DNA of 64,000 nucleotides from a virus, in the IMG/VR virus record IMGVR_UViG_3300029813_000617, positions 27,231-91,230 of that record; one strand, written 5' to 3'. Position numbers and translations under genes: made by a program. The notes under the pieces were generated by a model. That model was given only the letters and a program-made list of their open reading frames with translations. It was not told where the DNA came from and ran no database searches. Within the stretch, counting starts at the first letter, position 1; each line of letters begins with the position of its first letter. Below, piece after piece: positions 54,814 to 64,000 of the stretch.

Positions 54814-55775
54814 GCCACTTTACTGTACTTGTGCCTGCGGACGACGTGAACGATCTCGAGGACAGGCTCCTGCCCTTCATGGAGAACTGCTGCGGAACCC
54901 CGCCTTACGATTATATGACCTTCTTCGACGAGGAGGACAGACTTCAGGATAAGGGCAAGGAGATCATCGTAGCAGACTCCTACGCGGGCGAGAAGAACCC
55001 CGAGTCTGTCGGCAAGACCCATCTCCAGTTCTTCGGCCAAGGAGACTTTGACAAGTTCTGCGAAGAGTGGGCAGGCCTCAGCCGAGATCCCCTCGAAGGT
55101 CGCATCGGGTATTGGCAAAATGAAGACGCCAAGTGGGATTGGTATTCAGTTGGAGGTCGCTGGACAGGCTACCTGCAACTGAAGCAGCAGGTCACTCCAG
55201 CGGATGTCGCGAGAGACATAGTGGGCTATGGCAGACCTGGCGTCTTTGGCAAACCTCAAAGAGGCCCACTTTGTTGCGATTGGGCACCCGTATCCTGGAT
55301 AGACTGGAAAGGAATGCGAGACAAAGATTTCGAGGAAGCCCTAGAACACTTCCGCACCTTCAAGAAGTGCCAGGCTGAGGCCGAAGCAATGGACGTCCAG
55401 GCTCACCTTGACGAGTTCAGGGTTGACTTCCTAAAGCTCCTTGAGGAGAGGGAAGATTGGCAGGGCACACTCCATGAGTACACCGAGCAGAGGCTCCTAG
55501 GAGACATCCTACGGAGAGAGAAGATCTTCCTCTGGGGCCAAGATGACCTCCTGGCACTGTCCGAGGAGGAGTTCATCCTGAAGCAGAAGGCCAAGGCACT
55601 GACTTTCGCCTTCGTGGATATGGAAGGCCGCTGGGTGCAGCGGGGCCAGATGGGATGGTGGGCCCTGGTGAGTGACAAGAACGAAGGCTACGATGCAACC
55701 TTCTGGTTATTTGTGAAGAGGCTTGAGGAATCAAGTCCCAACCAGAGGTGCTACCTCGTGGATTGCCATATCTAA
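54810..55775 (+). CDS. Phage protein of the MSHF...WDWY..GGRW...VDCH type
   Basis: MSHFTVLV, AKWDWYSVGGRWTG, GQMGWW, LVDCHI. Confidence 0.75.
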   Translation: MSHFTVLVPADDVNDLEDRLLPFMENCCGTPPYDYMTFFDEEDRLQDKGKEIIVADSYAGEKNPESVGKTHLQFFGQGDFDKFCEEWAGLSRDPLEGRIGYWQNEDAKWDWYSVGGRWTGYLQLKQQVTPADVARDIVGYGRPGVFGKPQRGPLCCDWAPVSWIDWKGMRDKDFEEALEHFRTFKKCQAEAEAMDVQAHLDEFRVDFLKLLEEREDWQGTLHEYTEQRLLGDILRREKIFLWGQDDLLALSEEEFILKQKAKALTFAFVDMEGRWVQRGQMGWWALVSDKNEGYDATFWLFVKRLEESSPNQRCYLVDCHI

Positions 55776-55787
55776 GGAGAGATCACA

Positions 55788-56342
55788 ATGACTACAGACG
55801 AATTAGCTATCCCGGAACCCGACGAGGACGAGTTAGCCAAACTGGAAACCGACGGACTGGAAGCTAGCCTCATCGTCAAGACCTGGCAAGAGAAGGAGGT
55901 CTGCTTCCACCTCCTGAAGACACCCAGGGCATACTCCTTTGGGGGCCACTACTGTGGCTACTGTGTCTTCCCCAAGAGGCCAGTGATCGAGCAGGGATAC
56001 TATGGACTGCTAACCTATGTGCCCATCCACGGCGGTATCACCTACGCCAGGGAGACCAAGGAAGGCAGGATGGTCTATGGCTTCGACTGTGCCCACGCAG
56101 GAGACGAGGATGACCTAAGGTGCAGGGACGAACTATGGCTGACTCACGAGGTGGAGACAATGGCCCTGGCTATCCTCATAGCTGCGAAGCATGAGGAAGC
56201 CTACCTTCTGGCAAAGGATAACGAGGCGAAGGCTGCTGTCATCCAGGCATTCATTGACAAGACAACCGATATACTTGAGCGAGATCTGACGGTGGCAGAT
56301 AACTTTGGCGTGATGATAAACCTGCTGTGTGGAAGACTGTAA
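55788..56342 (+). CDS. Phage hypothetical protein
   Basis: HYCGY...HGGITY...GFDCAHAGD. Confidence 0.7.
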   Translation: MTTDELAIPEPDEDELAKLETDGLEASLIVKTWQEKEVCFHLLKTPRAYSFGGHYCGYCVFPKRPVIEQGYYGLLTYVPIHGGITYARETKEGRMVYGFDCAHAGDEDDLRCRDELWLTHEVETMALAILIAAKHEEAYLLAKDNEAKAAVIQAFIDKTTDILERDLTVADNFGVMINLLCGRL

Positions 56343-56686
56343 TGCCACTCAGGAGGGGAGGAAAGCGACGGCAACAGAATGTATTCATCTGGACAACCAA
56401 AGATGGCACCCAGTTAAAAGTAACCCAGATGACAGATAGTCACCTGGCGAATACCGAACGCTTTCTTGAGAGAAGGCTCCTCAGCTTGAAGGCACAGAAG
56501 GCAGTTGGGACTGAGATGTTGGGCCTTCTGAAGGGGACGCCCTTGACTGAAATGTGGCAACTACTCTGGTCATCTTTGGCTAGACTCTATGTCCTTGGTC
56601 AACAGATTCGACAATGTGAGGAGGCGAGAGGACATATTCGGGCAGAGATAGACTCTAGGAACCTGCCCCGAATCAGAGAAAGCTGA
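56342..56686 (+). CDS. Hypothetical protein
   Basis: WTTKDG...M.DSHL.N. Confidence 0.6.
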   Translation: MPLRRGGKRRQQNVFIWTTKDGTQLKVTQMTDSHLANTERFLERRLLSLKAQKAVGTEMLGLLKGTPLTEMWQLLWSSLARLYVLGQQIRQCEEARGHIRAEIDSRNLPRIRES

Positions 56687-56690
56687 TTCG

Positions 56691-57545
56691 ATGCTTGATT
56701 CCCACCTGCGACCACGGGACTGGGGGGACTTCATCGGACAGAGCTTCGTCAAGGGAATACTACAACAGGCTCTGAGGGCAAGCCAGGACCGAGGAGAGCC
56801 GCTGGACCACGTTCTGCTCTATGGTCCAAGTGGGCTCGGGAAGACCAGTCTAGCTCGGCTGGTGGGAGGAAAAGCCTTGGTAGAGATGCATGGTCAAGAC
56901 CTGTCTCTGCTAGGGCGAGTTCTAGCACGAGGTGAGGGGGCAGGATGTATCTTCATAGATGAGTTTCACACCCTGGATAGTAGCTTCCAGGAACTGATGA
57001 TTCGACTCATAAATGAAGGGAGGTTGGGGACGGTCATTGCGGCCACAACACGACCTACCGAGATCATCACCCCTCTCAGGAACAGGTTTGGGATCTCACT
57101 CAGATTGGACTTCTACTCAGAAGACGCCCTAGCTCAGATAGCTAGGAATTCGGCAGAAGTTCTTGCGTTGACACTGACTGAGGACGCTGATAGTGTGCTT
57201 GCCAAGAGGTCTAGGGGCACTCCGCGAGTTGTGAATCAGCTCCTAAGGCGTATCAGGGATATGGGAGCCAGCTTTACGGGGGTCACCATCGGGGAGGCCC
57301 TGAGCGGGCTAGGTACTGATACTTGGGGTGTACGCCGTGACGAGCGAGAGTATCTGAGAATCCTAGCTTTCAGGTTTGGGGGTGGACCGACTGGCTTAGC
57401 AACCTTAGCAGGCTCGATGGCTGAGACGCCCGAGACTCTCAGAGAGCTCTACGAGGTCTACCCTCTGAGACGCGGCCTTATCGAGATCACCTCCAGGGGA
57501 CGCAAGCTCACTCTGGAAGGAAAGATCTATGTCAGCAAGATATGA
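56691..57545 (+). CDS. ruvB: RuvB-like Holliday junction branch-migration ATPase (shortened)
   Basis: LRP...FIGQ, LDHVLLYGPSGLGKTSLA, FIDE, ATTR, PLRNRFG, RGTPR, GGP.GL, T.RGR. Confidence 0.85.
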   Translation: MLDSHLRPRDWGDFIGQSFVKGILQQALRASQDRGEPLDHVLLYGPSGLGKTSLARLVGGKALVEMHGQDLSLLGRVLARGEGAGCIFIDEFHTLDSSFQELMIRLINEGRLGTVIAATTRPTEIITPLRNRFGISLRLDFYSEDALAQIARNSAEVLALTLTEDADSVLAKRSRGTPRVVNQLLRRIRDMGASFTGVTIGEALSGLGTDTWGVRRDEREYLRILAFRFGGGPTGLATLAGSMAETPETLRELYEVYPLRRGLIEITSRGRKLTLEGKIYVSKI

Positions 57546-57760
57546 CTAGGCGAGCAAGGATTCTTTGGCGTATAGCTGAATACGGAGCTTGCCTTCTTGG
57601 CCTTGTCCTGGTGATCACTGGGATAGCTATAATCGGCTTTGGGGAACTCGGCTATCTGCCAAGAAGGTCAAAGCTCTGGGGGGAACTCTTAGCATTAGCT
57701 CTCTCGCTAGTGGGATTAGCGCTCTGTGTACTCGCTGGGCTAATAAGGTACAGATTATGA
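57542..57760 (+). CDS. Small two-TM membrane protein
   Basis: Two hydrophobic helices. Confidence 0.55.
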   Translation: MTRRARILWRIAEYGACLLGLVLVITGIAIIGFGELGYLPRRSKLWGELLALALSLVGLALCVLAGLIRYRL

Positions 57761-57785
57761 AGTCGATGGGGGGAGGCACAAAGCT

Positions 57786-58169
57786 ATGAAACCAGCGCCT
57801 GATTTTCTCAGTCAGTACCAGGAATGTCATGACTGCGGAGCGAAAGAGGGAGATCTGCACACACTAGGTTGTGACATGGAACGCTGCCCAGTGTGCGGTA
57901 GGCAGGCTATAACCTGTTGGGAGCATTGTTTCTACCCTGATGGGAGTCCACGGGAGAGTTTCGTTCAGGGAGACCGATACCCTTATATCATCATACCGGT
58001 GTACTGTTGCAGATGCCTGGAACCCTATCCTAGCTTCTTCAACGCTGACGATTGGGACGAGGTCGTGTCGCCTGATCTGCGAGGCAAGGTTCTGTGTGAG
58101 GAATGCTTCAAATTCGTGAAGGCGGCGTGGACGAAGGCACAGACATCGGCCAGGGAGGAAGCGGAATGA
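57786..58169 (+). CDS. Cys-rich zinc-binding protein
   Basis: CHDCG...H..GCD.ERCP.CG.Q...C. Confidence 0.65.
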   Translation: MKPAPDFLSQYQECHDCGAKEGDLHTLGCDMERCPVCGRQAITCWEHCFYPDGSPRESFVQGDRYPYIIIPVYCCRCLEPYPSFFNADDWDEVVSPDLRGKVLCEECFKFVKAAWTKAQTSAREEAE

Positions 58170-58462
58170 ACAGAAAACTACTATCACTGACCCTACTTGC
58201 CATGTTTGTGACTTTAGTGACAGCAGGTGTAGCGCTTGACCAGGAGGTGGTGCAGCTAGAGAGTGAGCGAGAAGTACTCCGCTTACAGCAGGAAATTGAT
58301 CATCTTGACGAAGCGACATTTGCATCACTGGTAAGGACTGGTCGGATTCTGCAGGAAACGTACATCCTCGATGAACTCTTCGCTGATGGCTACTATGTCA
58401 AGATCGACCGCACAATACCTGTCGGCAGAGGTCGATGCACCATCAAGGCCTTCACGAAATGA
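58166..58462 (+). CDS. Hypothetical protein with signal/TM helix
   Basis: N-terminal hydrophobic segment; C-terminus resembles 35515-35733. Confidence 0.55.
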   Translation: MNRKLLSLTLLAMFVTLVTAGVALDQEVVQLESEREVLRLQQEIDHLDEATFASLVRTGRILQETYILDELFADGYYVKIDRTIPVGRGRCTIKAFTK

Positions 58463-58851
58463 GTCCACGAGTGATCGCAGCATTTCTCATCCTAGCCATC
58501 AATGCTGCACCAAAGAACCCAACACCTATCTACATGAAAGCTGTGGTTGGAGTCTGTGCTAGCATCTACGATGTGGACATCGAGTTGTGCTACTGCATTA
58601 TAGAGGGTGAGTCAGAGTGGAATCCAAATGCAAAGGGGGACAATAGAAAGTCTGTAGGTCTCTGGCAGTGGAGGGAAGAGTCAATCAGATACGCCTTCGA
58701 TGACATGGGGATATGCTGGGACTGGATAGAGGACGGCGATCCGCGCCTGAATATATGGGCAAGCACGCTTGCTGCTTGCTATGCACTAAATCAGGGCTGG
58801 GGCTGGTGGTCAGTACAGGAACAATGTGAAAGAGAGTTAATCGGAGGATAA
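58459..58851 (+). CDS. Lytic transglycosylase (SLT)-like protein
   Basis: IIEGESEWNPNA...SVGLWQ; N-terminal signal-like segment. Confidence 0.65.
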   Translation: MSPRVIAAFLILAINAAPKNPTPIYMKAVVGVCASIYDVDIELCYCIIEGESEWNPNAKGDNRKSVGLWQWREESIRYAFDDMGICWDWIEDGDPRLNIWASTLAACYALNQGWGWWSVQEQCERELIGG

Positions 58852-58852
58852 C

Positions 58853-59233
58853 ATGCTTCACGTTAGCAGACCATTCGTAGCAAAGCCAGGAGAGGTCTTT
58901 GTCGTGTCAGGGATACAGGAAGAGAGCTGGCAACTCTGTCCTGAGTCTGAAGCTGAGGGAAAGCGGGTCATTGTGTGTACCCACTGTGACAAGCCAGCTA
59001 TCCAGCTAGACCACTTCTGGCCCTACTACTCAGACCACAATCTTTGTGCCTTTCACGCTGCTCCGACAGGTTGGGCTAAGACACAGTGGGGCAAAAAGTG
59101 GCACTGGATAGAGAAAGGGTTGTTCACCTGCTGTTGGGGCCTCCGCTACAGTGGTCGAGTCAGACTAGCTGTGGACAAACCAGAGGAGGGGACTATTTGC
59201 AAGCGGTGTCACGCTCAAATATCAAGGAGGTGA
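58853..59233 (+). CDS. Hypothetical protein
   Basis: GGAGG RBS. Confidence 0.55.
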   Translation: MLHVSRPFVAKPGEVFVVSGIQEESWQLCPESEAEGKRVIVCTHCDKPAIQLDHFWPYYSDHNLCAFHAAPTGWAKTQWGKKWHWIEKGLFTCCWGLRYSGRVRLAVDKPEEGTICKRCHAQISRR

Positions 59234-59234
59234 G

Positions 59235-59570
59235 ATGGCTGACTGGGCCTCGGCATATCCTGACAGTCCAGATTCAGTAGCAAGCGTGAAGCTGCTAAGG
59301 GATAATTCTACAAAGTCTCAGTGGGCCGAGAAACTACTCACGGCAGCACAGGTGCCCTTTGAGTCGGTTTCCACGACTGACCGAGCTAAATTGCCTATCC
59401 TGGTGTTTAGTAGCAAACAGGGTATCGTGGAACTAGTGGGCTTGCCTCTCATCAAAGCCTGTGCACAGTGGTTTGCGCGAGCAGTAGTGGTGTCCATGCT
59501 GTACAAAACTGCTGCAAGGAACCTGTCAGCAAGCGCGAGTGATGACAAAGAAGGGGGAGACACGAAGTGA
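59235..59570 (+). CDS. Hypothetical protein
   Basis: AAGGAGGT RBS. Confidence 0.55.
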   Translation: MADWASAYPDSPDSVASVKLLRDNSTKSQWAEKLLTAAQVPFESVSTTDRAKLPILVFSSKQGIVELVGLPLIKACAQWFARAVVVSMLYKTAARNLSASASDDKEGGDTK

Positions 59571-60013
59571 TCTACGTTGAGAGTCCAACCTGGCTGTCGC
59601 GGTTCAGCCTTCAGAAGAAGGTTCTGTTCCTGGCTGGCGGCATAACGAACTGCCCTGACTGGCAGCAAGAGATGAGACAGATGTTAGCAGATACCGATTG
59701 GCTCTTGCTCAACCCACGTCGGAAGCACTTCCCAATTCATGACCCCTCTGCTGCACCAGCACAGATCACCTGGGAATACATGCATCTACGCAGAGCAACT
59801 GCAATCCTGTTCTGGTTTCCCTGTGAGACGATCTGCCCGATCGTCCTGTACGAGCTCGGGGCATGGTCTGTAATGGACAAGCCTCTATTCATAGGTGTCC
59901 ATCCTGACTATAGCCGACGGCAGGATGTTGAGATACAGACCAGCCTTGTCAGGCCTGACTTGAGTATCGTGTACTCACTCGAGGAACTGGCAGAGGTTGT
60001 TCGCAATGCCTGA
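59567..60013 (+). CDS. Nucleoside 2-deoxyribosyltransferase-like protein
   Basis: LFLAGGI...WQ...NPRR...QITWE...ILFWF...PIVLYELG. Confidence 0.8.
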   Translation: MIYVESPTWLSRFSLQKKVLFLAGGITNCPDWQQEMRQMLADTDWLLLNPRRKHFPIHDPSAAPAQITWEYMHLRRATAILFWFPCETICPIVLYELGAWSVMDKPLFIGVHPDYSRRQDVEIQTSLVRPDLSIVYSLEELAEVVRNA

Positions 60014-60797
60014 CTTACTCCCCTTCGAGGTCATAGCTGCTTCCAGGCAACTTCTCTCAGAGGCTGAGGCAGAGTCTGGCGTACTCTCAGTCGAGTTCGC
60101 TGCAGTGACTGGCTCCCATTCCTGGGCGCTCGCTACCGAGGAAAGTGACATTGATGTGCGAGGAGTATTCGGCAGACCTCTCCATCAAATTCTGGCTCTC
60201 CAGCAGATTTTATACCCTGATACTTGGCAAGGTTCTTGTGATCTGCTCGACTGGCAGCTATACGAGGTGGCCAAGACTCTGAGAATGCTTTGTGCAGCGA
60301 ACGGGAACGTGGTTCAGATGTTCTACAATCCTCTCAAAGTCCGCTGCACTGAGTGGGGGGAGAGGCTAAGGGAACTTGCCAAACTCTGTCTGACAAAGCG
60401 GTTGGCGAGATATTTCCTGGGCTACGCGACGAGTCAGCGGAAAAGGGCTATGCGAAATCGCGGTGGGAAGGCCCTGATCTACACCTTCCGAGAAATATAT
60501 GCAGGCATCTACCTTATAGCCGAGGGAGAGATCATCTTCGACTTTGGCAGCCTCTGCGAGGCCATAGAGTCTCGATGGTTCAAGTCGAACGTACTCCCCT
60601 GGGCCATGGCACATAGACACATACCAACACCAGTTGCGATTGAAACTGAATTCGAGAAAGAATGGCTATCACTACAGGAGATCATGTTGCGAGAGGTAGT
60701 CCATAGTTCTCTGCCCGCACGAGAGCCTGAGGACTTTGAGACTCGATGCAATGACCTTTTGATTGACTATCGCCTGCAGGGGATGAACCGTGGCTGA
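60006..60797 (+). CDS. Predicted nucleotidyltransferase (pol-beta superfamily, YcgL/RlaP-like)
   Basis: GSHSW.LA..ESDIDVRGVF; NGN; Y..GYA..Q; K...Y..R. Confidence 0.8.
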   Translation: MPDLLPFEVIAASRQLLSEAEAESGVLSVEFAAVTGSHSWALATEESDIDVRGVFGRPLHQILALQQILYPDTWQGSCDLLDWQLYEVAKTLRMLCAANGNVVQMFYNPLKVRCTEWGERLRELAKLCLTKRLARYFLGYATSQRKRAMRNRGGKALIYTFREIYAGIYLIAEGEIIFDFGSLCEAIESRWFKSNVLPWAMAHRHIPTPVAIETEFEKEWLSLQEIMLREVVHSSLPAREPEDFETRCNDLLIDYRLQGMNRG

Positions 60798-61575
60798 TCC
60801 ACTCTCGGGCAAGCAGTGGATGGTTGTCTTAGGAGACTGTCGCAAGGTCATGGCAGAAATGCCCAATGGGTGTGCTGATATGGTGCTAGTTGATCCGCCT
60901 TGGAATGTCTCACAGAATGTCACGATTCACAGATCAATGAATCCTGAGAAGTATGGCAAGTATGCAGATAAAGACATCTCTCTCGATTTCGGAGATTGGG
61001 ACCACTTCGAGAGTGAAGCTCACTACCTTAAGTTTACCGCAGAATGGATGGAGCAAGCAGTCAGGGTAGTGAAAGAGGCGGGACATCTAGTAGTCTTCTT
61101 TGATACGAACAAGGTTTCCTATTTGATCGAAATTGGTAAAAGATTCGGTTGCAGGATGCGCCAAAATCTTTATTGGGTTAAGAGCAACCCAGTTCCAAGA
61201 GCTCGTAAGGTGAACTTTATGAGTGCAGTTGAGCACGCAGTTTGGCTTACCAAGGAGCCAAGAAAGGGTGCTACCTTCAACTATCAGCTCGGTCAACAGA
61301 GCAACGTCGTCAGAGCACCAATCGTCCATCACACTAGGCGTATACACACGACACAGAAACCAGTCGCAGTCCTATCCACCTGGATCAGATATCTGAGTAA
61401 CGAGGGCGATCTTATCCTCGACCCCTTCTGTGGATCAGGGGCTACTATCGTAGCTGCATTACGTCTAGACCGCAGGACAATTGGTATTGAGCAGGACGAA
61501 GGGTACGCGGCAGCTGCCCAGAAATGGATAGTCAATGACTGCCCAATGTTCAACATACCAGGAGAGGTGACATGA
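60790..61575 (+). CDS. DNA methyltransferase, N4/N6 beta class
   Basis: DPPW precedes H.TQKP...DPFCGSG. Confidence 0.92.
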   Translation: MADPLSGKQWMVVLGDCRKVMAEMPNGCADMVLVDPPWNVSQNVTIHRSMNPEKYGKYADKDISLDFGDWDHFESEAHYLKFTAEWMEQAVRVVKEAGHLVVFFDTNKVSYLIEIGKRFGCRMRQNLYWVKSNPVPRARKVNFMSAVEHAVWLTKEPRKGATFNYQLGQQSNVVRAPIVHHTRRIHTTQKPVAVLSTWIRYLSNEGDLILDPFCGSGATIVAALRLDRRTIGIEQDEGYAAAAQKWIVNDCPMFNIPGEVT

Positions 61576-61820
61576 CCAAAGTCCGTGCTGAAGCACAACG
61601 GCTGGTGGACGAGGGGGCCGTCATCGCTCTCGTTCGTACAAGCTCTAGCACCTATGCCATAGTCTTAGAGGGCAACAAGCATTATGCCACCAAAGTCTAT
61701 GTCAACGGTCACTTCACTTGCGGCTGTGATTGGGGCAAAGCCCACTCACGCACCGACAACCTCTGCGTCCACGCACTGGCGGTGAGGTTGGCTGCAGAGG
61801 AGGCAAGGGAGACAAGATGA
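61572..61820 (+). CDS. SWIM zinc-finger protein
   Basis: CGC...CVH..AV. Confidence 0.7.
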   Translation: MTKVRAEAQRLVDEGAVIALVRTSSSTYAIVLEGNKHYATKVYVNGHFTCGCDWGKAHSRTDNLCVHALAVRLAAEEARETR

Positions 61821-62104
61821 GCCTAGGAAGACAGAAACCAAGTGAGTACTTTCTAGGAGCTATCCTACGTGGCTATGACAAAGAGAAGGCTACAGGAAGC
61901 GAGGTGACATGTTCTGCCATATGGAATCATGTATGCCGTGAGTGTATACAGAGGCCTGGTGCGTTTCTCACAATGTTCGAGTGGGATACACGCAAAGGCA
62001 AGCAGAACCGAATTAGCACGATAGCAGACTGCATCCGTGCAGGGCTAGTGCCAGGACTCAAGCTAGAGGTTAATGAGAAGGGTTATGAGAGGGTAGTGGA
62101 ATGA
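61817..62104 (+). CDS. Hypothetical protein
   Basis: ATGA overlap. Confidence 0.55.
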   Translation: MSLGRQKPSEYFLGAILRGYDKEKATGSEVTCSAIWNHVCRECIQRPGAFLTMFEWDTRKGKQNRISTIADCIRAGLVPGLKLEVNEKGYERVVE

Positions 62105-62107
62105 TGT

Positions 62108-62338
62108 ATGCTGTCCGATGCTGAACATACCAGGGGAGGCAGGATGAGAAAACGACGGATTGCAATAGTAGTTTGTCCTGATTGCGGCTTCATTGACAAC
62201 GATGTTTGCTTTGAGCCAAAGTGGGGATTTACAGAGTGGCACTGTCCAGAATGTGGTCACATTGTAGACCTAGTAAAGGAGCTCGGAATCACTTATGGAG
62301 AACAGTTGCCATTGAATATGTCAGGGGAGGCCACATGA
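62108..62338 (+). CDS. Zinc-ribbon protein
   Basis: CPDC...CPEC. Confidence 0.55.
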   Translation: MLSDAEHTRGGRMRKRRIAIVVCPDCGFIDNDVCFEPKWGFTEWHCPECGHIVDLVKELGITYGEQLPLNMSGEAT

Positions 62339-62655
62339 AGAGGATCTACGTAGCTGGCCCCTACACCGAAGGCGATGTGGCACAGAATGTCCGCATCGCT
62401 ATTCTAGCAGCACACAGGCTGTCACAAGCAGGATATGTGCCTCATGTTCCACACCTATGTCACCTTTGGCATCTGCTCTGCCCGCATGACATAGACTTCT
62501 GGTATGAGCAGGGTCTCTGCTGGGTTGAAGTATGCGATTGTCTTCTGCGCTTGCCTGGCGAGAGTGCTGGTGCTGACCTCGAGGTAAAACGTGCCCAGGA
62601 ACTGGGTATCCCTGTGTACTGGTCAGTTGAGGGGGCATTAAGGGCAACATGTTAG
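62335..62655 (+). CDS. DUF4406/NDT-fold protein
   Basis: RIYVAGPY...PH...CD....LPGES.GA..E...A...GIPV. Confidence 0.75.
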   Translation: MKRIYVAGPYTEGDVAQNVRIAILAAHRLSQAGYVPHVPHLCHLWHLLCPHDIDFWYEQGLCWVEVCDCLLRLPGESAGADLEVKRAQELGIPVYWSVEGALRATC

Positions 62656-63287
62656 GGCTAGGGCAGATGAGGCTGATAGCCAAAACTGGAGCCAAACTCC
62701 CTCAGCGCATTGAGGTTGCCAGAATCGAGAACTCTGCTGCAGACAAAATAGTCATCCGTCACCACTACCTCCACAGAAGGAGAACTGGTGGACTTCAGCT
62801 CTCTCATGGTGTGTTCTTCGATGGGGTAATGTCAGGAGTCCTAGTTTGGGCAAGCCCTACTTTTCATCATTTCAAAGGTTTGATCCCACCCCTCCACCAA
62901 AAAGAGGTAGTGGAACTAGCTCGCTTCTGGCTGAGTGACACCATGCCCTATAACTCTGAGACAGCTACACTAAAGCAAGGGATGAAGGCGCTGAAGAGAG
63001 ATTGGCTTACCCATACAGGCTACCGCCCTGCAGTCGTTGTCTCATATAGTGATGCCGAGGTAGGCCACGAGGGCACCATTTACAAGGCAGCCAACTTTCG
63101 GTGCTGGGGGTTTGCCAAATCAGCGCGACTTGCAGACATTGACAAGGGATACAGTCGCAACCGAGAGAAGTGGAAGACTGACAGATACACAGGAGATCCT
63201 GTGGGAGAGGATGCCCCTAGGAGCTCAGGCACAAAGCGCATGTGGGTGTACTTCTTAAGGAAAGTGCCAGGAGTGGAACCGAGATGA
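62649..63287 (+). CDS. Mom-like adenine modification (GNAT-fold) protein
   Basis: HHYLHR, VELARFWL.D...NSE, VVSYSD..VGH.GTIYKAANF. Confidence 0.75.
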   Translation: MLGLGQMRLIAKTGAKLPQRIEVARIENSAADKIVIRHHYLHRRRTGGLQLSHGVFFDGVMSGVLVWASPTFHHFKGLIPPLHQKEVVELARFWLSDTMPYNSETATLKQGMKALKRDWLTHTGYRPAVVVSYSDAEVGHEGTIYKAANFRCWGFAKSARLADIDKGYSRNREKWKTDRYTGDPVGEDAPRSSGTKRMWVYFLRKVPGVEPR

Positions 63288-64000
63288 GTGAGATGCTGGG
63301 TCCTTATATTTTAGGTCCAGCAGGCCCTAACTTTGGAGTATTCACAGGTGATGCTCGTATTTTGTCTGAGGCTATCCCTGATGAGTCAGTAGATCTAGTT
63401 CTCACAGATCCAGTTTACCGAAACTTTGACGACTACCGCTGGCTGGCGGAGACAGCAGTGAGAGTATTGAAACCAGATTCTGCTTGCTTGGCCTTCTGTG
63501 GGATCGGCTATTTGCCCGAAACCCTTGCAGCGATGCAGGTAGATGGACTTTCCTACAGATGGCGGCTCATAATCCGAACAGTCTATGCCAAGGAGTTTCA
63601 TGGACGACTTTGCGTTATGACCCAGGAATGCCTGTGGTATGAGAAGGGCCATTCCCGCTTGCGACAGTCCCTCTTCGAGTGGAATAACTCGACCCACAAA
63701 GGTTTTTACGACGTGGACGGAGCAAACTGGGGAAAGGGTTTCGATATACTACTCCGGTACGTGGAGACCTTCACAGAACCAGGTGCTACAGTGTTCGATC
63801 CTTTCACAGGGGGTGGCACTGTCCCAAGTTGTTGTGTTGCATTGGGTAGAAAGTATTTAGCCTTCGAGATAGTCCCTAGCAAAGCAGAGATAGCCCGCGA
63901 GCGGATACGCACGATGCAGATGCCACTATTTGTCTTGGGGTCTGAGCAACAAGAGATGTTTTCACTGCGAACGCCGAGAAAAGCACAAAGTCCGCAATAA
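63284..64000 (+). CDS. DNA methyltransferase, N4/N6 beta class (variant DPVY)
   Basis: LVLTDPVY; VFDPFTGGGT. Confidence 0.8.
   Translation: MSEMLGPYILGPAGPNFGVFTGDARILSEAIPDESVDLVLTDPVYRNFDDYRWLAETAVRVLKPDSACLAFCGIGYLPETLAAMQVDGLSYRWRLIIRTVYAKEFHGRLCVMTQECLWYEKGHSRLRQSLFEWNNSTHKGFYDVDGANWGKGFDILLRYVETFTEPGATVFDPFTGGGTVPSCCVALGRKYLAFEIVPSKAEIARERIRTMQMPLFVLGSEQQEMFSLRTPRKAQSPQ

Noticed and set aside
57542-58851. Holin-endolysin lysis cassette
   Set aside because: The two-TM protein and the SLT-like protein are not adjacent and lie among early-type genes; evidence is insufficient.

Overview
This window reads as part of a tailed dsDNA phage (Caudoviricetes-like) genome; the host cannot be determined from the sequence. 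Left arm (1-25.6 kb, minus strand) is the packaging/head module. It contains a terminase large subunit split into two genes with two unrelated ORFs between them, an HNH-type endonuclease, the portal, and a ~500-aa multidomain protein with a nucleotidyltransferase motif. These are followed by a ~13.5-kb cassette of glycosyltransferases, methyltransferases, sugar aminotransferases and acetyltransferases. Next comes a 1507-aa polyprotein combining an ATP-dependent DNA ligase, a Dam-like methyltransferase, a LigD-phosphoesterase-like domain and an XkdF-type prohead protease. A probable small terminase is transcribed divergently from terL. A control region at ~29.3-31.2 kb carries divergent sigma70-type promoters, a long structured leader and GGAACTG repeat arrays. 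Right arm (29.8-64 kb, plus strand) is a dense run of roughly 90 small early-type genes with several paralog families, dispersed conserved intergenic motifs and a tRNA-like half. It also encodes a GIY-YIG nuclease, a RuvB lacking its RuvA-binding hairpin, and a DNA-modification cluster (Mom-like protein, two N4/N6 methyltransferases, nucleotidyltransferase, deoxyribosyltransferase-fold proteins). No integrase, DNA polymerase, CRISPR array or complete tRNA/rRNA was recognised. All calls come from reading motifs by eye; no searches were run.
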